From positions 8,896,201 through 8,960,200 of the forward strand of contig NC_092679.1 of the NCBI RefSeq assembly GCF_964355755.1: a stretch of DNA of 64,000 bases, written 5' to 3'. Of this stretch, positions 52,101 to 64,000 are shown in pieces. Under the pieces are notes generated by a model. The model saw nothing but the letters and a program-made list of their open reading frames with translations, had not been told where the DNA came from and ran no database searches. Numbering within the stretch: position 1 is the stretch's first letter; every line of letters begins with the position of its first letter. The DNA is from Antedon mediterranea (taxonomy: Eukaryota > Animalia > Echinodermata). The position numbers and the translations under genes were made by a program.

Positions 52101-53689
52101 AAATCACAAAATGGTCTAAAACGTTTCCAAATGCGATTTGAAGCTATCCTGTACACTTTGATGTTTTGTGTGAAAATTTTCTGTCGAAATGCTCAAAATG
52201 GTCAAAAACGTTTTTAAATACGATATTAAGCTACTTTGTGCTCTTTGATGTTTTTGTGTGAAATGTTTTATCGAAATGCTCAAAATGGTCTAAAACGGTT
52301 TCTAATGTGATTTCAAGTACTTTGATGTTTTTGTATAACCAAGTTTTTCGAAAATCACAAAATTGTCTAAAACGTCTCCAAATGCAATTTGAAGCTATTC
52401 TGTACACTTTGATGTTTTTATGTTAACAAGTTTTTCGAAAATCACAAAATGGTCTAAAACGTCTCCAAATGCGATTTTAAGCTATTCTAAGCACTTTGGT
52501 GTTTTTATGTTAACAAGTTTTTCGAAAATCACAAAATTGTCTAAAACGTCTCCAAATGCGATTTGAAGCTATTCTGTACACTTTGATGTTTTTATGTTAA
52601 CAACTTTTTTCGAAAATCACAAAATGGTCTAAAATGTCTCCAAAATGCGATTTGAAGTTATTCTAAGCACTTTGGTGTTTTTATGGAAACAATTTTTTTC
52701 GAAAATCACAAAATGGTCTAAAACGTCTCCAATAGCGATTTGAAGCTTTTCTGTACACTTTGGTGTTTTTATGTTAACAAGTTTTTTCGAAAATCACAAA
52801 ATGGTCTAAAACGTCTACAAATGCGATTTGAAGCTATTCTAAGCACTTTTGTGTTTTTATGTTAACAAGTTTTTTCGAAAATCACAAAATGGTCTAAAAC
52901 GTCTGCAAATGCGATTTGAAGCTATTCTTAGCACATTGGTGTTTTTATTTAAACAAATTTTTTCGAAACTCACAAAATGGTCTAAAACGTCTCCAAATGC
53001 GATTGCAAGCTATTTTAAGCACTTTGGTATTTTTGTGTTAACAAGTTTTTCGAAATGCTCAAAATGGTCTAAAACGTTTTTAAACACGATATTAAGCTAT
53101 TTTGTGCTCTTTGATTTTTTTTTGTGAAAAGTTTTAGCGAAATGCTCAAAATGGTCTAAAACGGTTTCTAATGTGATTTCAAGCACTTTGATGTTTTTGT
53201 GTAACCAAGTTTTTTCTAAAATCACAAAATGGTCTAAAACGTCTCCAAATGCGATTTGAAGCTATTTTAAGCACTTTGGTGCTTTTGTGTAACCAAGTTT
53301 TTTCGAAAATCACGAAATGGTCTAAAACGTCTCCAAATGCGATTTGAAGCTATTCTAAGCACTTTGGTGTTTTTACGTTAACAAGTTTTTTCGAAAATCA
53401 CAAAATGGTCTAAAACGTCTCCAAATGCGATTTGAAGCTATTCTGTACACTTTGATGTTTTTATGTTAACAAGTTTTTTCGAAAATCACAAAATGGTCTA
53501 AAACGTCTCCAAATGCGATTTAAAGCTATTTTAAGCACTTTTGTGTTTTTGTGTAACCAAGTTTTTTCGAAAATCACAAAAGGGTCTAAAATTTCTGTAA
53601 ATGCGATTTAAAGCTATTTAAAGCACTTTGGTGTTTTTAGGTTAACAAGTTTTTTCGAAAATCACAAAATGGTCTAAAACGTCTACAAA

Positions 53690-55750
53690 TGCGATTTGAA
53701 GCTATTCTAAGCACTTTTGTGTTTTTATGTTAACAAGTTTTTTCGAGAATCACAAAATGGTCTAAAACGTCTCCAAATGCGATTTGAAGCTATTTTAAGC
53801 ACTTTGGTGTTTTTGTGTTAACAAGTTTTTCGAAATGCTCAAAATGGTCTAAAACGTCTCCAAATGCGATTTGAAGCTATTCTAAGCACTTTGGTGTTTT
53901 TATGTTAACAAGTTTTTTCGAAAATCACAAAATGGTATAAAACGTCTCCAAATGCGATTTGAAGCTATTCTAAGCACTTTGGTGTTTTTATGTTAACAAG
54001 TTTTTTCGAAAATCATAAAATGGTCTAAAACGTTTCCAAATGCGATTTCAAGCTATTCTGTACACTTTGATGTTTTGTGTGAAAATTTTCTTTCGAAATG
54101 CTCAAAATGGTCAAAAACGTTTTTAAATACGATATTAAGCTACTTTGTGCTCTTTGATGTTTTTGTGTGAAATGTTTTATCGAAATGCTCAAAATGTTCT
54201 AAAACGGTTTCTAATGTGATTTCAAGCACTTTGATGTTTTTGTGTAACCAAGTTTTTCGAAAATCACAAAATTGTCTAAAACGTCTCCAAATGCGATTTG
54301 AAGCTATTCTGTACACTTTGATGTTTTTATGTTAACAAGTTTTTCGAAAATCACAAAATGGTCTAAAACGTCTCCAAATGCGATTTTAAGCTATTCTAAG
54401 CACTTTGGTGTTTTTATGTTAACAAGTTTTTTTGAAAATCACAAAATGGTCTAAAACGTCTCTAAATGCGATTTGAAGCTTTTCTGTACACTTTGATGTT
54501 TTTATGTTAACAACTTTTTTCGAAAATCACAAAATGGTCTAAAATGTCTCCAAATGCGATTTGAAGCTATTCTAATCACTTTGGTGTTTTTATGGAAACA
54601 ATTTTTTTCGAAAATCACAAAATGGTCTAAAACGTCTCCAATAGCGATTTGAAGCTTTTCTGTACACTTTGGTGTTTTTCTGTTAACAAGTTTTTTCGAA
54701 AATCACAAAATGGTCTAAAACGTCTACAAATGCGATTTGAAGCTATTCTAAGCACTTTTGTGTTTTTATGTTAACAAGTTTTTTCGAGAATCACAAAATG
54801 GTCTAAAACGTCTCCAAATGCGATTTGAAGCTATTTTAAGCACTTTGGTGTTTTTGTGTTAACAAGTTTTTCGAAATGCTCAAAATGGTCTAAAACGTCT
54901 CCAAATGCGATTTGAAGCTATTCTAAGCACTTTGGTGTTTTTATGTTAACAAGTTTTTTCGAAAATCACAAAATGGTATAAAACGTCTCCAAATGCGATT
55001 TGAAGCTATTCTAAGCACTTTGGTGTTTTTATGTTAACAAGTTTTTTCGAAAATCATAAAATGGTCTAAAACGTTTCCAAATGCGATTTCAAGCTATTCT
55101 GTACACTTTGATGTTTTGTGTGAAAATTTTCTTTCGAAATGCTCAAAATGGTCAAAAACGTTTTTAAATACGATATTAAGCTACTTTGTGCTCTTTGATG
55201 TTTTTGTGTGAAATGTTTTATCGAAATGCTCAAAATGTTCTAAAACGGTTTCTAATGTGATTTCAAGCACTTTGATGTTTTTGTGTAACCAAGTTTTTCG
55301 AAAATCACAAAATTGTCTAAAACGTCTCCAAATGCGATTTGAAGCTATTCTGTACACTTTGATGTTTTTATGTTAACAAGTTTTTCGAAAATCACAAAAT
55401 GGTCTAAAACGTCTCCAAATGCGATTTTAAGCTATTCTAAGCACTTTGGTGTTTTTATGTTAACAAGTTTTTTTGAAAATCACAAAATGGTCTAAAACGT
55501 CTCTAAATGCGATTTGAAGCTTTTCTGTACACTTTGATGTTTTTATGTTAACAACTTTTTTCGAAAATCACAAAATGGTCTAAAATGTCTCCAAATGCGA
55601 TTTGAAGCTATTCTAATCACTTTGGTGTTTTTATGGAAACAATTTTTTTCGAAAATCACAAAATGGTCTAAAACGTCTCCAATAGCGATTTGAAGCTTTT
55701 CTTTACACTTTGGTGTTTTTATGTTAACAAGTTTTTTCGAAAATCACAAA
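53690..55750 (+). repeat. Tandem duplication of a 12-monomer (1041-bp) higher-order unit (boundaries approximate)
   Basis: GAGAATC at 53745 and 54786, and CTAATCAC at 54572 and 55613. Both offsets are 1041. Confidence 0.87.
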
Positions 55751-58700
55751 ATGGTCTAAAACGTCTCCAAATGCGATTTGAAGCTATTCTGTACACTTTG
55801 ATGTTTTTATGTTAACAAGTTTTTTCGAAAATCACAAAATGGTCTAAAATGTCTCCAAATGCGATTTGAAGCTATTCTAAGCACTTTGGTGTTTTTATGG
55901 AAACATTTTTTTTCGAAAATCACAAAATGGTCTAAAACGTCTCCAATAGTGATTTGAAGCTTTTCTTTACACTTTGGTGTTTTTATGTTAAGTTTTTTCG
56001 AAAATCACAAAATGGTCTAAAACGTCTCCAAATTCGATTTGAAGCTATTCTGTACACTTTGATGTTTTTATGTTAACAAGTTTTTTCGAAAATCACAAAA
56101 TGGTCAAAAACGTCTACAAATGCGATTTGAAGCTATTCTAAGCACTTTTGTGTTTTTATGTTAACAAGTTTTTTCGAAAATCACAAAATGGTCTAAAACG
56201 TCTGCAAATGCGATTTGAAACTATTCTTAGCACATTGGTGTTTTTATTTGAAACAAATTTTTTCGAAACTCACAAAATGGTCTAAAACGTCTCCAAATGC
56301 GATTTGAAGCTATTTTAAGCACTTTAGTGTTTTTGTGTTAACAAGTTTTTCGAAATGCTCAAAATGGTCTAAAACGTTTTTAAATACGATATTAAGCTAT
56401 TTTGTGCTCTTTGATGTTTTTTTGTGAAAAGTTTTAGCAAAATGCTCAAAATGGTCTAAAACGATTTCTAATGTGATTTTAAGCACTTTGATGTTTTTAT
56501 GTTAACTAGTTTTTTCGAAAATCACAAAATGGTCTAAAACGTCTCCAAATGCGATTTGAAGCTATTTTAAGCACTTAGGTGCTTTTGTGTAACCAAGTTT
56601 TTTTGAAAATCACAAAAGGGTCTAAAATGTCTCCAAATGTGATTTGAAGCTATTTTAAGCACTTTGGTGTTTTTGTGTTAACAAGTTTTTCGAAAATCAC
56701 AAAATTGTCTAAAACGTCTCCAAATGCGATTTGAAGCTATTCTGTACACTTTGATGTTTTTATGTTAACAAGTTTTTTAGAAAATCACAAAATGGTCTAA
56801 AACATCTCCAAATGCGATTTAAAGCTATTTTAAGCACTTTGGTGTTTTTATGTTAACAAGTTTTTTCGAAAATCACAAAATGGTCTAAAACGTCTCCAAA
56901 TGCGATTTGAAGCTATTTTAAGCACTTTGGTGTTTTTGTGTTAACAAGTTTTTCGAAATGCTCAAAATGGTCTAAAACGTTTCCAAATGCGATTTGAAGC
57001 TATTCTGTACACTTTGATGTTTTGTGTGAAAATTTTCTTTTGAAATGCTCAAAATGGTCAAAAACGTTTTTAAATACGATATTAAGCTACTTTGTGCTCT
57101 TTGATGTTTTTGTGTGAAATGTTTTATCGAAATGCTCAAAATGGTCTAAACCGGTTTCTAATGTGATTTCAAGCACTTTGATGTTTTTGTGTAACCAAGT
57201 TTTTCGAAAATCACAAAATTGTCTAAAACGTCTCCAAATGCGATTTGAAGCTATTCTGTACACTTTGATGTTTTTATGTTAACAAGTTTTTCGAAAATCA
57301 CAAAATGGTCTAAAACGTCTCCAAATGCGATTTTAAGCTATTCTAAGCACTTTGGTGTTTTTATGTTAACAAGTTTTTTTGAAAATCACAAAATGGTCTA
57401 AAACGTCTCTAAATGCGATTTGAAGCTTTTCTGTACACTTTGATGTTTTTATGTTAACAACTTTTTTCGAAAATCACAAAATGGTCTAAAATGTCTCCAA
57501 ATGCGATTTGAAGCTATTCTAAGCACTTTGGTGTTTTTATGGAAACAATTTTTTTCGAAAATCACAAAATGGTCTAAAACGTCTCCAATAGCGATTTGAA
57601 GCTTTTCTTTACACTTTGGTGTTTTTATGTTAACAAGTTTTTTCGAAAATCACAAAATGGTCTAAAACGTCTCCAAATGCGATTTGAAGCTATTCTGTAC
57701 ACTTTGATGTTTTTATGTTAACAAGTTTTTTCGAAAATCACAAAATGGTCTAAAATGTCTCCAAATGCGATTTGAAGCTATTCTAAGCACTTTGGTGTTT
57801 TTATGTTAACAAGTTTTTTCGAAAATCACAAAATGGTCTAAAACGTCTCCAAATGCGATTTGAAGCTATTCTGTACACTTTGATGTTTTTATGTTAACAA
57901 GTTTTTTCGAAAATCATAAAATGGTCTAAAACGTTTCCAAATGCGATTTAAAGCTATTCTGTACACTTTGATGTTTTGTGTGAAAATTTTCTGTCGAAAT
58001 GCTCAAAATGGTCAAAAACGTTTTTAAATACGATATTAAGCTACTTTGTGCTCTTTGATGTTTTTGTGTGAAATGTTTTATCGAAATGCTCAAAATGGTC
58101 TAAAACGGTTTCTAATGTGATTTCAAGTACTTTGATGTTTTTGTGTAACCAAGTTTTTCGAAAATCACAAAATTGTCTAAAACGTCTCCAAATGAGATTT
58201 GAAGCTATTCTGTACACTTTGGTGTTTTTATGTTAACAAGTTTTTTCGAAAATCACAAAATGGTCTAAAACGTCTCCAAATGCGATTTAAAGCTATTTTA
58301 AGCACTTTTGTGTTTTTGTGTAACCAAGTTTTTTCGAAAATCACAAAAGGGTCTAAAATGTCTGTAAATGCGATTTGAAGCTATTTAAAGCACTTTGGTG
58401 TTTTTAGGTTAACAAGTTTTTTCGAAAATCACAAAATGGTCTAAAACGTCTACAAATGCGATTTGAAGCTATTCTAAGCACTTTTGTGTTTTTATGTTAA
58501 CAAGTTTTTTCGAAAATCACAAAATGGTCTAAAACGTCTCCAAATGCGATTTGAAGCTATTTTAAGCACTTTGGTGTTTTTGTGTTAACAAGTTTTTCGA
58601 AATGCTCAAAATGGTCTAAAACGTCTCCAAATGCGATTTGAAGCTATTCTAAGCACTTTGGTGTTTTTATGTTAACAAGTTTTTTCGAAAATCACAAAAT

Positions 58701-61700
58701 GGTATAAAACGTCTCCAAATGCGATTTGAAGCTATTCTAAGCACTTTGGTGTTTTTATGTTAACAAGTTTTTTCGAAAATCACAAAATGGTCTAAAACGT
58801 TTCCAAATGCGATTTGAAGCTATTCTGTACACTTTGATGTTTTGTGTGAAAATTTTCTTTTGAAATGCTCAAAATGGTCAAAAACGTTTTTAAATACGAT
58901 ATTAAGCTACTTTGTGCTCTTTGATGTTTTTGTGTGAAATGTTTTATCGAAATGCTCAAAATGGTCTAAAACGGTTTCTAATGTGATTTCAAGCACTTTG
59001 ATGTTTTTGTGTAACCAAGTTTTTCGAAAATCACAAAATTGTCTAAAACGTCTCCAAATGCGATTTGAAGCTATTCTGTACACTTTGATGTTTTTATGTT
59101 AACAAGTTTTTCGAAAATCACAAAATGGTCTAAAACGTCTCCAACTGCGATTTTAAGCTATTCCAAGCACTTTGGTGTTTTTATGTTAACAAGTTTTTTT
59201 GAAAATCACAAAATGGTCTAAAACGTCTCTAAATGCGATTTGAAGCTTTTCTGTACACTTTGATGTTTTTATGTTAACAAGTTTTTTCGAAAATCACAAA
59301 ATGGTCTAAAATGTCTCCAAATGCGATTTGAAGCTATTCTAAGCACTTTGGTGTTTTTATGGAAACAATTTTTTTCGAAAATCACAAAATGGTCTAAAAC
59401 GTCTCCAATAGCGATTTGAAGCTTTTCTTTACACTTTGGTGTTTTTATGTTAACAAGTTTTTTCGAAAATCACAAAATGGTCTAAAACGTCTCCAAATGC
59501 GATTTGAAGCTATTCTGTACACTTTGATGTTTTTATGTTAACAAGTTTTTTCGAAAATCACAAAATGGTCTAAAATGTCTCCAAATGCGATTTGAAGCTA
59601 TTCTAAGCACTTTGGTGTTTTTATGGAAACATTTTTTTTCGAAAATCACAAAATGGTCTAAAACGTCTCCAATAGTGATTTGAAGCTTTTCTTTACACTT
59701 TGGTGTTTTTATGTTAAGTTTTTTCGAAAATCACAAAATGGTCTAAAACGTCTCCAAATTCGATTTGAAGCTATTCTGTACACTTTGATGTTTTTATGTT
59801 AACAAGTTTTTTCGAAAATCACAAAATGGTCTAAAACGTCTACAAATGCGATTTGAAGCTATTCTAAGCACTTTTGTGTTTTTATGTTAACAAGTTTTTT
59901 CGAAAATCACAAAATGGTCTAAAACGTCTGCAAATGCGATTTGAAACTATTCTTAGCACATTGGTGTTTTTATTTAAACAAATTTTTTCGAAACTCACAA
60001 AATGGTCTAAAACGTCTCCAAATGCGATTTGAAGCTATTTTAAGCACTTTAGTGTTTTTGTGTTAACAAGTTTTTCGAAATGCTCAAAATGGTCTAAAAC
60101 GTTTTTAAACACGATATTAAGCTCACAAAACGTCTCCAAATGCGATTTGAAGCTATTCTGTACACTTTGATGTTTTTATGTTAACAAGTTTTTCTTTACA
60201 CTTTGGTGTTTTTATGTTAACAAGTTTTTTCGAAAATCACAAAATGGTCTAAAACGATTTCTAATGTGATTTTAAGCACTTTGATGTTTTTATGTTAACT
60301 AGTTTTTTCGAAAATCACAAAATGGTCTAAAACGTCTCCAAATGCGATTTGAAGCTATTTTAAGCACTTAGGTGCTTTTGTGTAACCAAGTTTTTTTGAA
60401 AATCACAAAAGGGTCTAAAATGTCTCCAAATGTGATTTGAAGCTATTTTAAGCACTTTGGTGTTTTTGTGTTAACAAGTTTTTCGAAAATCACAAAATTG
60501 TCTAAAACGTCTCCAAATGCGATTTGAAGCTATTCTGTACACTTTGATGTTTTTATGTTAACAAGTTTTTTAGAAAATCACAAAATGGTCTAAAACATCT
60601 CCAAATGCGATTTAAAGCTATTTTAAGCACTTTAGTATTTTTATGTTAACATGTTTTTTCGAAAATCACAAAATGGTCTAAAACGTCTCCAAATGCGATT
60701 TGAAGCTATTTTAAGCACTTTGGTGTTTTTGTGTTAACAAGTTTTTCGAAATGCTCAAAATGGTCTAAAACGTTTCCAAATGCGATTTGAAGCTATTCTG
60801 TACACTTTGATGTTTTGTGTGAAAATTTTCTGTCGAAATGCTCAAAATGGTCAAAAACGTTTTTAAATACGATATTAAGCTACTTTGTGCTCTTTGATGT
60901 TTTTGTCTGAAATGTTTTATCGAAATGCTCAAAATGGTCTAAAACGGTTTCTAATGTGATTTCAAGCACTTTGATGTTTTTGTTTAACCAAGTTTTTCGA
61001 AAATCACAAAATTGTCTAAAACGTCTCCAAATGCGATTTGAAGCTATTCTGTACTCTTTGATGTTTTTATGTTAACAAGTTTTTCGAAAATCACAAAATG
61101 GTCTAAAACGTCTCCAAATGCGATTTTAAGCTATTCTAAGCACTTTGGTGTTTTTATGTTAACAAGTTTTTTTGAAAATCACAAAATGGTCTAAAACGTC
61201 TCTAAATGCGATTTGAAGCTTTTCTGTACACTTTGATGTTTTTATGTTAACAAGTTTTTTCGAAAATCACAAAATGGTCTAAAATGTCTCCAAATGCGAT
61301 TTGAAGCTATTCTAAGCACTTTGGTGTTTTTATGTTAAAAAGTTTTTTCGAAAATCACAAAATGGTCTAAAACGTCTACAAATGCGATTTGAAGCTATTC
61401 TAAGCACTTTTGTGTTTTTATTTAAACAAATTTTTTCGAAACTCACAAAATGGTCTAAAACGTCTCCAAATGCGATTTGAAGCTATTTTAAGCACTTTGG
61501 TGTTTTTGTGTTAACAAGTTTTTCGAAATGCTCAAAATGGTCTAAAACGTTTCCAAATGCGATTTGAAGCTATTCTGTACACTTTGATGTTTTGTTTGAA
61601 AATTTTCTGTCGAAATGCTCAAAATGGTCAAAAACGTTTTTAAATACGATATTAAGCTACTTTGTGCTCTTTGATGTTTTTGTGTGAAATGTTTTATCAA

Positions 61701-64000
61701 AATGCTCAAAATGGTCTAAAACGGTTTCTAATGTGATTTCAAGCACTTTGATGTTTTTGTGTAACCAAGTTTTTCGAAAATCACAAAATTGTCTAAAACG
61801 TCTCCAAATGCGATTTGAAGCTATTCTGTACACTTTGATGTTTTTATGTTAACAAGTTTTTCGAAAATCACAAAATGGTCTAAAACGTCTCCAAATGCGA
61901 TTTTAAGCTATTCTAAGCACTTTGGTGTTTTTATGTTAACAAGTTTTTTTGAAAATCACAAAATGGTCTAAAACGTCTCTAAATGCGATTTGAAGCTTTT
62001 CTGTACACTTTGATGTTTTTATGTTAACAACTTTTTTCGAAAATCACAAAATGGTCTAAAATGTCTCCAAATGCGATTTGAAGCTATTCTAAGCACTTTG
62101 GTGTCTTTATGGAAACAATTTTTTTCGAAAATCACAAAATGGTCTAAAACGTCTCCAATAGCGATTTGAAGCTTTTCTGTACACTTTGGTGTTTTTATGT
62201 TAACAATTTTTTTCGAAAATCACAAAATGGTCTAAAACGTCTCCAAATGCGATTTGAAGCTATTCTGTACACTTTGATGTTTTTATGTTAACAAGTTTTT
62301 TCGAAAATCACAAAATGGTCTAAAACGTTTCCAAATGCGATTTGAAGCTATTCTGTACACTTTGATGTTTTGTGTGAAAATTTTCTGTCGAAATGCTCAA
62401 AATGGTCAAAAACGTTTTTAAATACGATATTAAGCTACTTTGTGCTCTTTGATGTTTTTGTGTGAAATGTTTTATCGAAATGCTCAAAATGGTCTAAAAC
62501 GGTTTCTAATGTGATTTCAAGCACTTTGATGTTTTTGTGTAACCAAGTTTTTCGAAAATCACAAAATTGTCTAAAACGTCTCCAAATGCGATTTGAAGCT
62601 ATTCTGTACACTTTGGTGTTTTTATGTTAACAAGTTTTTTCGAAAATCACAAAATGGTCTAAAACGTCTCCAAATACGATTTAAAGCTATTTTAAGCACT
62701 TTTGTGTTTTTGTGTAACCAAGTTTTTTCGAAAATCACAAAAGGGTCTAAAATGTCTGTAAATGCGATTTGAAGCTATTTAAAGCACTTTGGTGTTTTTA
62801 GGTTAACAAGTTTTTTCGAAAATCACAAAATGGTCTAAAACGTCTACAAATGCGATTTGAAGCTATTCTAAGCACTTTTGTGTTTTTATGTTAACAAGTT
62901 TTTTCGAAAATCACAAAATGGTCTAAAACGTCTCCAAATGCGATTTGAAGCTATTTTAAGCACTTTGGTGTTTTTGTGTTAACAAGTTTTTCGAAATGCT
63001 CAAAATGGTCTAAAACGTCTCCAAATGCGATTTGAAGCTATTCTAAGCACTTTGGTGTTTTTATGTTAACAAGTTTTTTCGAAAATCACAAAATGGTATA
63101 AAACGTCTCCAAATGCGATTTGAAGCTATTCTAAGCACTTTGGTGTTTTTATGTTAACAAGTTTTTTCGAAAATCACAAAATGGTCTAAAACGTTTCCAA
63201 CCGCGATTTGAAGCTATTCTGTACACTTTGATGTTTTGTGTGAAAATTTTCTTTTGAAATGCTCAAAATGGTCAAAAACGTTTTTAAATACGATATTAAG
63301 CTACTTTGTGCTCTTTGATGTTTTTGTGTGAAATGTTTTATCGAAATGCTCAAAATGGTCTAAAACGGTTTCTAATGTGATTTCAAGCACTTTGATGTTT
63401 TTGTGTAACCAAGTTTTTTGAAAATCACAAAATTGTCTAAAACGTCTCCAAATGCGATTTGAAGCTATTCTGTACACTTTGATGTTTTTATGTTAACAAG
63501 TTTTTCGAAAATCACAAAATGGTCTAAAACGTCTCCAAATGCGATTTTAAGCTATTTTAAGCACTTTTGTGTTTTTGTGTAACCAAGTTTTTTTGAAAAT
63601 CACAAAATGGTCTAAAACGTCTCTAAATGCGATTTGAAGCTTTTCTGTACACTTTGATGTTTTTATGTTAACAACTTTTTTCGAAAATCACAAAATGGTC
63701 TAAAATGTCTCCAAATGCGATTTGAAGCTATTCTAAGCACTTTGGTGTTTTTATGAAAACAATTTTTTTCGAAAATCACAAAATGGTCTAAAACGTCTCC
63801 AATAGCGATTTGAAGCTTTTCTGTACACTTTAGTGTTTTTATGTTAACAAGTTTTTTCGAAAATCACAAAATGGTCTAAAACGTCTCCAAATGCGATTTG
63901 AAGCTATTCTGTACACTTTGATGTTTTTATGTTAACAAGTTTTTTCGAAAATCACAAAATGGTCTAAAACGTCTACAAATGCGATTTGAAGCTATTCTGT

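Larger units (their letters stand above)
1..64000 (+). repeat. 88-bp tandem satellite DNA array, all monomers in one orientation, running off both window ends and interrupted only by seven 626-bp inserts
   Basis: GTTAACAAGTTTTT(T)CGAAAATCACAAAATGGTCTAAAA recurs at 1, 89, 176, 264 and onward through the window. Period is 87-89 bp depending on T-run length. Two common 3' haplotypes occur: CTAAGCACTTTGGTG and CTGTACACTTTGATG. Confidence 0.99.

Overview
The whole 64 kb window is a head-to-tail, single-orientation, AT-rich satellite DNA array of eukaryotic type (probably animal and (peri)centromeric or heterochromatic, which is inference). The basic monomer is 88 bp: GTTAACAAGTTTTTTCGAAAATCACAAAATGGTCTAAAACGTCTCCAAATGCGATTTGAAGCTATTCT(AAG/GTA)CACTTTG(G/A)TGTTTTTAT, roughly 680 copies. 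A divergent 88+77 bp dimer recurs among the monomers, and blocks of 0.25 to over 6 kb are duplicated at offsets up to about 18.6 kb. The only non-satellite DNA is seven near-identical copies of a 626 bp non-coding element with TTAA target-site duplications, 5'-AG...CT-3' ends and imperfect terminal inverted repeats, i.e. a Kolobok-type MITE. All seven copies occupy the same satellite position and share private flanking SNPs, so one insertion was amplified passively with the array. The element carries a strong ZNF143/Staf (SPH/SBS2)-like motif and several palindromes. I see no credible protein-coding gene, RNA gene or CRISPR array, and the ORFs in the track are artefacts of the repeat. I find no evidence of a new gene-based system. 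The notable features are structural: the MITE-satellite composite, a template-switch hairpin mutation, patchwork repair junctions and CpG decay.
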